From contig NW_003526943.1 of assembly GCF_000181795.1 (NCBI RefSeq), forward strand, positions 4,181,228-4,245,227: DNA of 64,000 nucleotides, in the 5' to 3' direction. Below the pieces are notes generated by a model. It saw only the letters and a program-made list of their open reading frames with translations, did no database searches and was not told the origin of the DNA. The DNA is from Trichinella spiralis. Its lineage: Eukaryota. Every line of letters starts with the position of its first letter. Within the stretch, counting starts at the first letter, position 1. Below, one piece after another: positions 12,318 through 24,400 of the stretch. The translations under genes and the position numbers were made by a program.

Positions 12318-13153
12318 GCGTTTATCACTTTCTGCGTGGTCATTAAATTTAAAAATGTGACACTATAAAGAATATTTTAATAAATTTGAATTTTATTTAA
12401 ATTAATGTAACATAATTCGAAATATAATTTCAAAGTAAATGTCATAAAGTATCCATTTTTTAAAACTTTATCTCAGTATGGTTGAAATAAAGAAATCTGT
12501 TGGAAACAAAGACTCCGGAAAACTTCCTGAGAACTGAGCGAGATTGCGTAATGCCTAGATGTAGGTCATGGTTGCCAATGGAGACTGCCCTGCACACTAC
12601 ATTGCTTGACAGCGGATAACCAAAGTTACAGTAAACTAGTACCTGATTATCTCCACGACCGTAATTGAATATGTATATATGTATATATAGTAGACTCGAC
12701 GGTGTGGTGGTTGGTTGTTTACGTGGGGGTTAGGTGGTTTTCAACGTGGTTGGTGGTTTTTCTGTTGTGTTTTTCCCCCACTGTTTGTATCTTGCATTGA
12801 ATTGATTGCATTGCGATTAATCGACTGAGTTTTGTTGATTCACGCTCGATTGTGCACGAGGGACAATCACGCGCGCATGGTCAGAATCGCGTCGGACGGA
12901 TATAGCAAAATACAGTCCGCTATATCTGAGGATCAGGTTGCCTGTAAATTGCGTTCGCAATCAGATCTTTATTATGTTTCATCTAGAAGCTGCGACAAAA
13001 TTTTAACTAGTGCGTTCTTTACAATTTTCAAGTATGTTATTTTTAGAATGTTGAAATTTTTCTTGATTTCACAGCAGTTTTAAAAAAGTGGAAATCAAAC
13101 GTTCAATTACCATTGATTCAGATTTTCCTTGTTAAACAATAATTGTTTTAGCA

Positions 13154-14220
13154 ATGTTATGCCGTGGGTGTAGTAAGCAGAGTTACTCCGGCCATCATTT
13201 CACATGCCTGATTTGTGTGGATTACAGTCTTTGCGAAGATTGTCATTCCAAGAAACATATCAGCATGTTTCATACTAATAGTCACTCCATGCAGTGCGTT
13301 GGACTGCAAACTGTTGGTAATTGCTTCTTTATCATCGTTTGGTTTTTCTCGTTTGTTCAATACAGTGCAATAAATGCATTAAGCAGTGTATTAAACATCC
13401 TAATTTTCAAACACTGTGTGAGAATTGTTGTTTTACTACCGCTTCTTTTATTACAGATTTGTTTTTATTCCAATATTTTTTAATAATTCGGATTTTTGAT
13501 TTTGTTAGATCACCAGCTTTCGTTGGCATGCCCATTCTGCAGCGAACAGGGTTTTTTTATGGATAGCCTTGTTTCTCATATTCAGAGTGACCATAACGGA
13601 GAAACAGCTGAAGTATTATGCCCAATATGTGTGGCGCAATCAAGTTCAATAAATTTTCTAAAATACGATGAGCTCCAAGTCCACATGAATTATACGCATG
13701 AATTTGGGTTAGTAATTTTTAATTTCCATTTTTCAGTTAAAAAATGAATTTCTTTACAAGCAAATTTTTACGTTTATTATATTATTTTACTTTATATATA
13801 TTAATTTAAATTTTAAGGACATCAACGACGCAGCGAGAGGGGCCGATGATTCAGTACATAAACCAGCATGTGAATCCGGCAACTGGAAGTAGCTTTTTTA
13901 TATTTATTTGTCTAAACGTTATAAAAATGTGTTTTTACAAAATTACTTTTAGTTCCAATTTTTTTTGGAACTAGAAATGATTCTATAATGTTTTCATATC
14001 AGTTTAGCGCCGACCTGTAAGTTGCAATCATTTTTTCATTGTACAGTGTTACGTCTTTCATGTAAAAAATTTATAGGCCGTACGACCGACATGGCTACAT
14101 ATTTACTGAAGGGTAATGTTTTTTTTCTTAAACTGTATATCGATATGATTTTCAATTGTTTGAATGAATTTGATTGTTAAAATTTGCTTTTATAGAAAAG
14201 ATCCGAGAAACCGAGGATAA
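13154..14220 (+). CDS. KCMF1-like protein (ZZ zinc finger + Di19-type zinc fingers), divergent with a short C-terminus
   Basis: Exon 1 (13154-13316) CRGC...FTCLICVDYSLCEDCH...HTNSHSMQC is a ZZ finger. Exon 2 (13509-~13708) CPFC...HIQSDH...EVLCPICVA...HMNYTH matches the zf-Di19 arrangement of KCMF1. Four small downstream exons end at TAA 14218-14220; the 3' part is less certain. Confidence 0.75.
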
Positions 14221-14650
14221 TTGAGATTATGATGATTTGTTTCAATGGTTGTGATGGGAACATTTTGTATTTAGATTTCAAGCGTAGTCGAATGATTTTA
14301 TCTTTTTTTTTTCAAAATTTCGAAGATATTTTAAAGTTCATACATTTTAATTTTCGTTATTCATGCGCAACTGTTTAATATTGTTTTGTTTATGTTTATG
14401 TTTATGTTTTTTCTTTTGTTTTCTATCGCTTGACTTCATTCACTGTAATCGCTATTTTTTTACTTAATACTACTGATGGAAAATGAAGAATGAAGTTAAA
14501 GAGAAAGTTGCTCATTCTCTACACTTTTAAGTGAATGTTTGAAATATATACTTGGACGTTTAGAAAACGCTCATATTTACCGATTTCTGGTAAATAATTT
14601 TTCATACTTTTTCAAAATAACATGAAAATATACGAAAAAAAATTTACGGC

Positions 14651-16656
14651 TGTAGCATATGTGGCACATTATTTGAGATAGATAAATAAGAACTGCGCAT
14701 GAGCATCTTATTGAGATCCACTGTAAGTTAGTGTGTGTGAGTCAGTAAAATGTGTGCGTTATCCATTGAACGTGTGTTGGTGTGTCTATTTGGTTTTACT
14801 TAGTAATGATCGTACAAATAAGCTGCCAATGATTTTGCACATTTGGCGACGAATATTCAGTAACGATCGCAGTGAAGCTGAATTTTCAGTCAATTGTGGT
14901 AAGTTTTCAAAATGAGACGTGAAAAAGATCGAACAGTATCCCGTATGAAGGGAGATATTTTCCTGTCAGCCATTGGATTTGGACTTTCAAATTCGGGAAG
15001 AATAAATAAGTCATACTTTGAGCAAGTGTGCTATGTAAAAGGTCTATGTATTGCATTGAAGATGATGAATTGAGCACGGCACAACTTGAGCTTTTATTTC
15101 GCTTGTCACAGCTAAGCTCGCCGTAGTGGTTCCTGAAAGGCGCACATGAGTGAGCAAGTGAAGAGATCGAATAAATTTTCGAACTGTTTTCACAGCGCGA
15201 ATAGAATTTGGTATCGGTTAGTCGTTATCACAGGGGACTACGTTAGCCGTTGGAAGGAAGGTGGTGGAAAGTGGTTTGGCTTTGGTAAAGACTTCGATGA
15301 ACGATTATTACACGAGATCACGCCTTCATCAATGGGTTTAATTATGAGAAAAAAATAATTATTGAAATTCGTCAACGATGGCCAAATGGATTAGACGTTT
15401 GAAACCACAAATTCCATCTGCAAATGTAATCCAACTAGCAGCCATGGAAAAAATGCTCCAATTAGAAGCCGAAGCTACACAGAGAACAGAAAACAGACGT
15501 TAGGAAAGATTGGAAACAAGATTGATATACAACGAAAATTACAATGAAGAAAAAGCATACGGACAGTGTGGTCAAAAATGGCATAGAAATCAAACGGACT
15601 GCAAAAAACGATTTGTTAAATGTTTTTCTCGTTGTGGAAAATCTGGGCATTTTGCCAAAATGAAAAAGCTAACGAGAAGACTGCAGAGAAATATGCAAAA
15701 CGGTGAAGTATGTGGGCAGTTGTCAAAATTGTGGATGATTTACAGTCAGAAAAGAATGAAATAGAAAAGAAAAAAACATCAATGCTGAACCATCTCCAAC
15801 AGATGTGTTGAAAAGTGGAATACGATACTGGCTCGTCTGTATTGGTGAGAAATGAAAAGTAGTGGATCAGAGTGGACGACAAATGTTAAAAAAATCTACT
15901 GCGTACCTTTTTGGGAAGAGTAAATTTTTTGGAAACATTTATTCCACATCAACATGGAACATGCGATAATTTGCACAAGCTGGAAGGAACAACAAGAACA
16001 TGGAGAAGAGGAAGAAGAAGAAGAAAAAAGTCAAACAATTAGTGACAAAACAAAATCGTTAGTTCCATACTATACGAAGTTGCCACTGGTGTTAGTGGAC
16101 ATAGGATTCTTTTGAAAATAGCCCCAAGTGCTGAATTATTTCAACTATTTTTTCCGATGAAATTGAAAAAACCGCTTGCTTTTTTATCCAGATACAATAT
16201 CAGAAGCAAAAAACATACGCACCAACTGATAAAAGAATGCCTTAACTTTACTGTTTGATCCTGTATAAAAGGTCCATCAGTACTCATATGGAAAATCATT
16301 CCTGTTAATTCGAGATTATCACGCGAAGCAATTGCACCAGAAAACATACTATTACTAAGATGACAATAGCAGCAGTCGGAAGCGGAACATTCTTGAACAG
16401 TGCCAAGGCTGCATAACATAACAGTCCCCAATCCCATCACTGAAGAATAAAGCAAAAGGGAAGATGCAGCATATGATGTAATACATTACATTACTGTGAA
16501 TAAATAAGACCTGCAAATGAGCATCTCACTGAGATCTACTGCAAGTTAGTTTGTACGTCAGTCAGTAGTTTCTCTCTGTATGTGAGTGTGAGGATGATGT
16601 TTGTTTGTTATATTTAGTAAAGATCTTACGTATAAACCGACAAGGTTCAAAGAACA
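14651..16656 (+). mobile_element. Degenerate, internally deleted Ty3/Gypsy LTR retrotransposon
   Basis: 5' LTR 14651-14841 (tgtagcatat...gcaca) followed by PBS-like tttggcgacga. Polypurine tract aaaagggaaga at 16454-16464, then 3' LTR 16465-16656 (tgcagcatat...gaaca). The LTRs share blocks such as taaataaga.ctgc..atgagcatct...tgagatc.actg.aagttagt. Internal gag zinc-knuckle remnant 'CFSRCGKSGHFAK' near 15620. No intact pol. Confidence 0.85.
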
Positions 16657-16968
16657 GATGATTTTGTTGTTAAAATGTTTTGTGATCCGAAAGTAGACTG
16701 TTTGTCACTTATATATACTGCAGTTTATCAAATGTACTGCTTTGCTGTCATATGTACATGCATGAATTATGAATAAACATTTCTTTCAAAGCGGCAAATT
16801 ATTCTACCTAAAAGTGTGGCTCGCAAATTTACCACCTCTAACATTGTGTAAGTATTCATCTGAAATTACATTTTTTTTTCCAATGGGACGCTAATTTTAT
16901 TTCTAACAGTAAAAGCTAGTTTAAGCGTACTTGAATTTAAAATTTATTTCAAATTTCATTTATAACAT

Positions 16969-18078
16969 TTAATTAACAGAAGATGAGGAAGATGAAGTGA
17001 TCGTTTGGCCAACACAACTGCTAACCTCTCGTTGGTTATTGACTGGGTTCGTCTCCTTGGTTTTGGTTACTGCAAGCGTTGGTTTCAATCGGCTGCATTC
17101 TCGATTTAACAGACGCTTCAACAAGTACCTCAATAAACAAACAGACTTTGTTCAAAAAATATCCTCATTGAAAGCTCGATGATACACTTCAACTTACTTT
17201 CTCTCTTCAGTCACACATCGAATCCGTTGGTGCAATCGCGAAATTTCATCACAAAGTGCCGTATTTTGCTACAGAACAGAATAATAAAAATATTAACCAT
17301 TTTGAAACAACCACTAACAAATTATCTCACATAAACTAAGTGATATATGGTTTTTTGCATTAAATAACATTTGCGTTCGATTTTCTGTTGGGCGAGCAAC
17401 TGCTTGCTAATCCGTCGTCGCCCACTTGGTCTGGAACGGGCTTTTTTTGGCTGTGAACTGCTTTCTGTAGAACAACCAGTTGATGGTCCAATTTCGCTGT
17501 CAGGCGTCGACAGTGAAAGTGAAGGTTTAGATGAAAAACAATCTATATAATATCAAATATCACATTAATATTAATAAGAAAGCCTTTTCATTCTCTATTT
17601 CGGCAGAATAAAAACAACAAACCAAATGTCATTTTAAAACTTAAATAAATGTGAAAATGATAAAGCATATTCATTCATCAAGGCAGTTTGTAATGGCTAT
17701 TATTCCAAAACAACTTTTATGAAATAGAAATTTTATGGTTTTTAACAAACAAGTCGCATCTTACTTATCAGAAAACCATAACATAAATTTCAAATTTAAT
17801 TAATCTTGTATATTTTTTAAAAATTTAAATCTGTCTATAAGCTCTCAAACAAAAACCTACGCTATATTAACAATGATTTCTTCAAAATTTTCTTTGCTTT
17901 CAAATATAAAACTGAAATTTAATATCATAAATTTCAAAAAAATCGCAAACAAATATGAGATTAATTTAAATTGGTGAATATTAAAACTTGAAAACATATG
18001 CATTTTTCACTTACCATTATTCAAATCTGGATCAATAAATACTTGCAAATTTTTCATCTGTTCATGCTCTGCATTCAT
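16969..18078 (-). CDS. TBRG1/NIAM N-terminal (INO80E-like) coiled-coil protein lacking FYR domains
   Basis: Exons about 18015-18078, 17331-17542, 17198-17268 and 16969-17129 give ...KIERKCYLMQKTIYHLVYQNTALCDEISRLHQRIRCVTEERKYLLKRLL..., resembling the TBRG1 motif 'VFENAAICDEIARL...KEERRYLLKKLL'. Confidence 0.7.
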
Positions 18079-19195
18079 TTGATAAAAACTATAAGGCATT
18101 AATATTTAAGATAACAAACAATATTTTACAATATCACATAAATATTTTACATTTATTGAGCAATATTTCGCTTCATAGCATACAAAAGCGTTTCTTTTTA
18201 TCTAAAATAGAAGATTAACCATTAATGAATCTCATGATTAACTCAAAATATCGTCTTCCAGTTTTAAAATATTCAAATTGATAAAAAAAACAATGTATTG
18301 CATTTTATTTAGGCATCTTCAAGCAATAAACTAGAAATAAAAAAGTAGTAACAATTTTTACCATTTTAATAAATATTCAAATACAGAGCGACTTAATAAT
18401 AATCAAGTTCATTGAACTTGAGATCAAACAAAGATCAACAAAGAACAAACAAAATCACAGTTCAAGTATGTTGAAGTATAAAACAAGAAAATGGCCATTT
18501 AAAAGTTACGAAAAAATAAAATTCTTACTTTATATTATAATTCAAGCTACTTTAAATAAAATGCATTTGCTGCTTTTATATAAAAAAAATATTAAGCTAA
18601 ATGCTACGCCCTTTTAAATTAAGAATATTTAAGAATAAATAAATTAAAATTAGTAAAATAAATGCATAATATGAATCAAGTGATATTGAGATTATAAAAT
18701 ACATAATATATTATTGAGATAATAAATTATAATTAGGCATCATTTAAACTGTATGATCAGTATTTCACATGTCTTAATTTGCATTTTTGTTTATTTATTT
18801 ATTATTATTTAAGCCATTGCTTAATGATGGAAATAAATTAAATTATATTATATTATACATAAATTATAATAAAAGTTTTGTTTAATTTTATTTGTTATGC
18901 ACAAACATAAGCAATCTTGATTTTAGGTTACTGTCACTGTTAATATATTCTGTGCTGAATTTGGATATTTTTCTGACAATTTATTATTTTTCATTTTTGA
19001 CATCAGTTAATTTTAGTTATCTAACTTTTGCATTTCTCATGTTTTTCATTCTGTAACCTAATTTTTTTCTAAATTGACTCAAAATTGTGTTTTTAATTTT
19101 AGAATGTTACTTTGTACAACGAGTTAATTTTAACTGCCTGAATTGCTTTCCATTTGCGATAATATTTTCACATTGTGAAAGAACGATTTTTGTGA

Positions 19196-19888
19196 ATGGA
19201 AAATTTGAATATTAATTTGAAATCAGAATTTCGATCTCGATTTAACGCTGAAAATGGTGGAAGTCAGTATTCATCTGAATACCGTCCTCTATGTGATGAC
19301 TTTTTTGACAGCCAGGTAAGCTGAAATAGTGGTATTTAGCATTGACTGCACGGTCATAGTTTTTTGTGCTTTTATTAGATATATTTCTTAATTTTAATTT
19401 TTGTAGGTTCAATATTGTAATTCAGTGTATTATGTATCTTGAGTTTTTACAATTGTTTATGATTGTGATTTTATTAACATTATTGCTTTATTAAGATTTA
19501 TGTTGTAATTTCGTTTTTGATTTTATTCAGTTTCAAATCCCACCGCATCCCATTCCGTGGAAGGCAATAATATTGGCAACACTGTTATTTGTTTTTGGAA
19601 CAATTCTTATCATAATTGGTGCACTGTTATTAGCTGGATTTTGTGATCCTAAGGTGAGCAAGCATGTCAATATTGTTTTACATGAAAATGTAATTTATAT
19701 TCAAACTGTATTTTATTATATATATTACTGCATATATAATTTATTTTTAGTATAATGATCGTACTTGGCCTGTTCTCATATTGGGATTGTTAATGTTTAT
19801 ACCCGGTTTGTATCATCTACGCATAGCCTATTATGCTTTCAAAGGATACAAAGGTTATTCATTTCAAGACATTCCAGATTTTGATTAA
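19196..19888 (+). CDS. TMEM230: Transmembrane protein 230
   Basis: Exons 19196-19315, 19531-19653 and 19751-19888 (126 aa): [16 protein letters not shown]...[43 protein letters not shown], the TMEM230 signature C-terminus. Confidence 0.93.
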
Positions 19889-20055
19889 TTTACGGTATAA
19901 TTAATTACTCATTTTGAAATGAATAATGACAATGAAAATGTTTTAGTGGAAAGTGCTCACATAACGTATTTGAAAATTGTTAATGAATTCTGTACCTCTC
20001 AACGATATTGTTTTCATATGTTTTGTTTGTATATTTTTTAATTACAAACCTGTTT

Positions 20056-20208
20056 AATAAATGCTATTATAATTATTTTTAGTATTGTGCGTTATTGAGG
20101 AAGTACTTGTTGTTCAATACTTTCCAAAGTAGTACTTTTAATATTCCAATATTTAAATTTTACTGAAGTAGATTTTGTTGCTGAAATAGTTCAAATATTT
20201 TAGAACAG
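20056..20208 (+). promoter_or_regulatory. Putative operon intercistronic region (poly(A) signal, Ur-like element, trans-splice acceptor)
   Basis: AATAAA at 20056-20061, stem-loop tattga...tcaata at ~20093-20119, TACTTT (UAYYUU) at 20118 and 20133, and acceptor ttttagaacag immediately before ATG 20209. Confidence 0.5.
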
Positions 20209-21419
20209 ATGTCGATGCAAACTGAAGATTTTGAAGGTAATAATAAGTAATGGAAGGGATTTTTTGTTTACATTTGAAAAATTTACAGAGCTTCCTCATG
20301 CAATCGCAGATTTTTTTGAATGGTTTGTACATCAGATTTTGTTTTATCGTGAAGTTTATCCACAAGAATCTTTTGAAATGGTGAAGTTCTGCAATTATCC
20401 GTCTTATGTAACCGATGTTTGCATTGATTGTTTAGCGTTAAATTTTACTTACTTTGTTCTTTTATATTTTCAGAAATCGTGTTGTCCATCTGTGATAGAT
20501 TACATTCGCGAATGGCACAGCATTTTAAGTGCTACTTGCGAACCAGGGAAAATGACTGTTGTTATTCAAATTGAAGATCCCGCTATGCGGAATAAACTTG
20601 TTGAAGGTTATTACTTGAAAATTTTTATTCGTGGTTCTCAGGGAAGGTAGGTATTATATTATATATATATGTATGGTAAATCTGTTTTTCAATTTTCAGT
20701 TTTTCATTGTCAAATAACGAATGAAATTGAATCACTGATTCAAAATTATGATTATTTCAGGTTTAACTTACTGATCATAAGAATTCTTTAGCTGCTAATT
20801 TAACAATTACACATTAATATTTATAATTGAAAATTTCCAGCTTTTGCACAGATTTTAAGTTATTTAGAAAATTACTACCAAATTGGAAAAGCTTTGAAGA
20901 TAGTTTGCCGGACATTATCAGCAGACTCATATCAGTAACAGAAGTGGAAAATGCGAGACATCCTTTGATAACAGAAAGTAATCACTGTACTGTTTAACGT
21001 TACACGTCGTCTTATTCATGCGCTTTTAGCACGTCGTTTTCGTATTTTTTACGGGATGCAGGTACGATGAGAAATTTTAGTCAATCTGATTGTTTTAATT
21101 TATTAATTAATAACATAATTTTAAGTAAATTTAAATGATATGTGAATAATAAATCAGTGTAGCCCGTTTACTATTTGTTTTTTTTTGTTTGCATTTCTTA
21201 AGTATGTTTTGAAGAACTTTATAGATAATGAATCTTATATTAATTTTTTTTATCAAAAGCAGACGTATTACATTAAAGTATAAATAGTTGCTTCAGGCAG
21301 AGAATTCTGAAAAAGGTAGTGGTACATTTGTACCTTTAGTAGATGGCAGAATTGTGCCCATTGGAACAGTTGCATCTGACAATATGAAGGTTATTGCAGT
21401 GTCTTTAATTTTAGAATAG
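20209..21419 (+). CDS. MAD2L2: HORMA-domain protein, MAD2L2/REV7-like
   Basis: ADFFEWFVHQILFYREVYPQESFEMVKFCNYPSY|KSCCPSVIDYI matches REV7 'EFLEVAVHLILYVREVYP..F......PVQMSCHPELNQYI'. Last exon 21297-21419 'DGRIVPIGTVASDNMKV' matches the REV7 C-terminus 'DPRLIPLKTMTSDILKM'. About 7 exons. Confidence 0.75.
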
Positions 21420-24400
21420 TTTAAATTGATAATTTTAGATGAACATTTTGCTACTTCGCCCGATAAACTGAAAACGCTGGACATTGCAATTAATTAATTG
21501 AATTTTGAATTATGCTGTAACATGTTTTTCATTGTTCATTGTTATAGTTTCTCTGCTATACTGCATTTTATGAACGAAAGCGTTATGAAAGCTTCCAAAA
21601 TTAAAATTATATTTTGTTTTGTTTTGTTTTGTATTATCATTATTTTATATTAAAATTTCAGGTTCTTTCATACCAAATGTTAAAGTGCTCAGAATTGATA
21701 AGAATTAGGAGTGCATGCATGCGTTTAGTAGTTCGTGATAAGATTTTTGTTGCACATAGCGAACCTTGATTTGAATTAATATTTCTAAGAGGAAGCTGAA
21801 AGCATAGTGCAACTTTTAAAAGTAATTATTGAAATACAAATATTTTTTTACTCTTGTTGTTTGAAAATTGAAAACTAGAAAATTTAACATTATCTGCTGA
21901 ATTTCATCTCGAAAATTTTAATGATTTCGTGCGTAATTTAATGTCGAATTTTGAATACCTTTAGGGGATTTCATTTCCAGTAGCGTTTAATATTTCAAGA
22001 TTTTTTGAAATTAATTTGAATGCTGAAGATGAGTAGAGAAAATTATAAGAATTATGTATAATATTGAAATAGTTGCGCATTTGATTTGGATTCTAGCTAA
22101 TATTTTAATAGTAAATTTCAACCAATATTGATTTCTTTGTCATGTTTCACAGCGCCTTTTTTCTTTTTTCCAGTTTTAACAGTGCTTAGAATAACTTTAA
22201 TGATTGCTTGCAATTTTCACAGTCTTTTAAAAGTAATTATACTAAATTTAAAATTCTGAAATGCATTGTTCAAAGATTGCATCATTTTTGCTTGTATTTG
22301 TCATTTAATTAACCATAATGTATTGTGTTGTTGTATTGGAAAAATGATTTATTTTTACTTTAAATTAAAATTTTGGTATGAATAGTGTAAGAACGAAGTA
22401 GTTTTAGATTGCACTAATAAAGTACATGAGTGCATCGAAAAATCAGTTTAATTATTTACTTATTTATTTAAATTATTTTTCAAATATATTTATAAAGAAT
22501 TTATATTAGTTTTTTTTTTTGGTTTGATTGATTTGATAAATTTTTAAATTCAAATTTCTTTTATTGAAGATTGTAGCAACAAGTAATGAATATCAAATAT
22601 TTTTAGAGTTTCAGGAAATCTTCATTACAAATCAGGCAGCGTAATTGTAATCGATCAAATTGCACTCTGTTGAATTGTTTTCATTTTTTTCTGAATTTGT
22701 TCTTACTGATTTTTATTAATTTTATGCTTTTCAGAACAATTATAAAGTTACTTGCGTCTATAAAACTGCATTGACCAGTTGTTGTTATAAAAATGATAAG
22801 GTCAAAAATGTAAAATAATTCTGCGCAATATATTTGTAGAAGAATATTTTGTTATAATTTTTTACAAATTAATAATTGTTGAATAGAATTCATGAACATG
22901 AATTCCAAAAGCAAAAATTTCAACTACATAAAAATAAGATGTGACGTAGATGGAAAATTAGCATAGACTTGTTATAAAATTTTAGGATTTTTATAGCATC
23001 TGTACAAATTAAGAAAGTGTTTTTTATTTTTGAAGTGACTTGTTTGTAATTTTGAAATATATTTGGGCATTTAATAGAGTTTCACTTTTATTACACTGAT
23101 TGAAATACACTAAGAAATTATCTTAAATATTTTTCAAATTATAAGAGTTTTAGATTTATTGCATGGTTTGTTTTTTGAAAGTGAAATATTAACTTTTGTT
23201 GCAATATTTCTCTTAGTAGTTATTTGTTATTTTATATCCCATATGAATCGAGATGATGTTTTGTAATTCTGATATTTTTGAATTTTAAAATGAAATTTGA
23301 CTCACAATAGTCAAGTTGACAATATGTATAACTGTTCTGCTTTTTAGATGTTATTTATTTTAGGTCATGCTAAATAAAAAATTATTTTTTTTTCTCATTT
23401 TTAAAATAATTATGTAAATGTTTCAGTGGAATAAGATTATCTTTCTCGTTGCTTATAAAATGGTGAATGTTGTAATTTTGAAGTGGTGAATAGATTGCTG
23501 ATACTGAAATATAATTTTACATTAATTTTCTATCGAAAAACTCTTTTAAATAATGATAGATGTGAAATTATAAAAGTATAAAAATTTTCTGTGATTTTAT
23601 AATATAATGTATTCAGCTGAAAATTTTATAAAACATCTCCATGATGTACTTGTCTGAAAAAGCAAGCAAAACAGTTCTAAAGTGAATGATACAATTTGTA
23701 GTGCTTTAGAAGTATTGCAGAATATTTATGAAGATGGATTTGAAAGATTATTGCTTATTAAAGAGTATTTTTTACATAAAATAACGTATATCTTTTTGGG
23801 AGGTTTCATTTAATGAGAGGTGCGTTTCTAGTGTAATTTTATGTGAAAGCAGTTTCAGACAACGTAGTGGTGAAATTGTTGGCCATATATTTTCTGCAAC
23901 AATTTGAAATGAAAGTCTGCAGTTAAATGAATCATGATTGAAAATCCCTTTTGTAATGCTTTTCGGGCAATCTTTTTTAATCAGTTATACTGTTTTATTT
24001 GTTTTAATGCAATAAAAGTAAGTATTGATGATTATTCATGTCTTTCTAAATTCAAATTGATTTTTTGCGGTTAAAATAAATGCCAAAACTGAAATAGTGT
24101 CTGGTAATATATTTATAAAATATTTATTAACTTATTTTTTACATGTCGTTAAAAAGCTCATTAAGGTTTGCAAAAGGTTAATATGTTTCTTACTTAATTA
24201 TGTTTCTTTACATTTTATGTTTAAATTGGGCACGATGTTATTGATTTTGAACATCTGGTTTGGACATGCAAATGAGACCATTTTTCACATTGTCTGTTCT
24301 ATAAATATAAGAATAAGCCCTTTGCAAATTATGCAATTATGATAAGTGTAATAAGCTCCTGATAATAGCTTGTACATTTATTAAAAGGTGTTCTATTAAA

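Noticed and set aside
12571..12585. X-box-like GTTGCCAATGGAGAC
   Set aside because: Non-canonical spacing, inside a probable repeat-derived block and not next to a ciliary gene.
12700..12790. GT-rich tract as telomeric repeat or G-quadruplex
   Set aside because: No regular repeat unit and mostly GG doublets.
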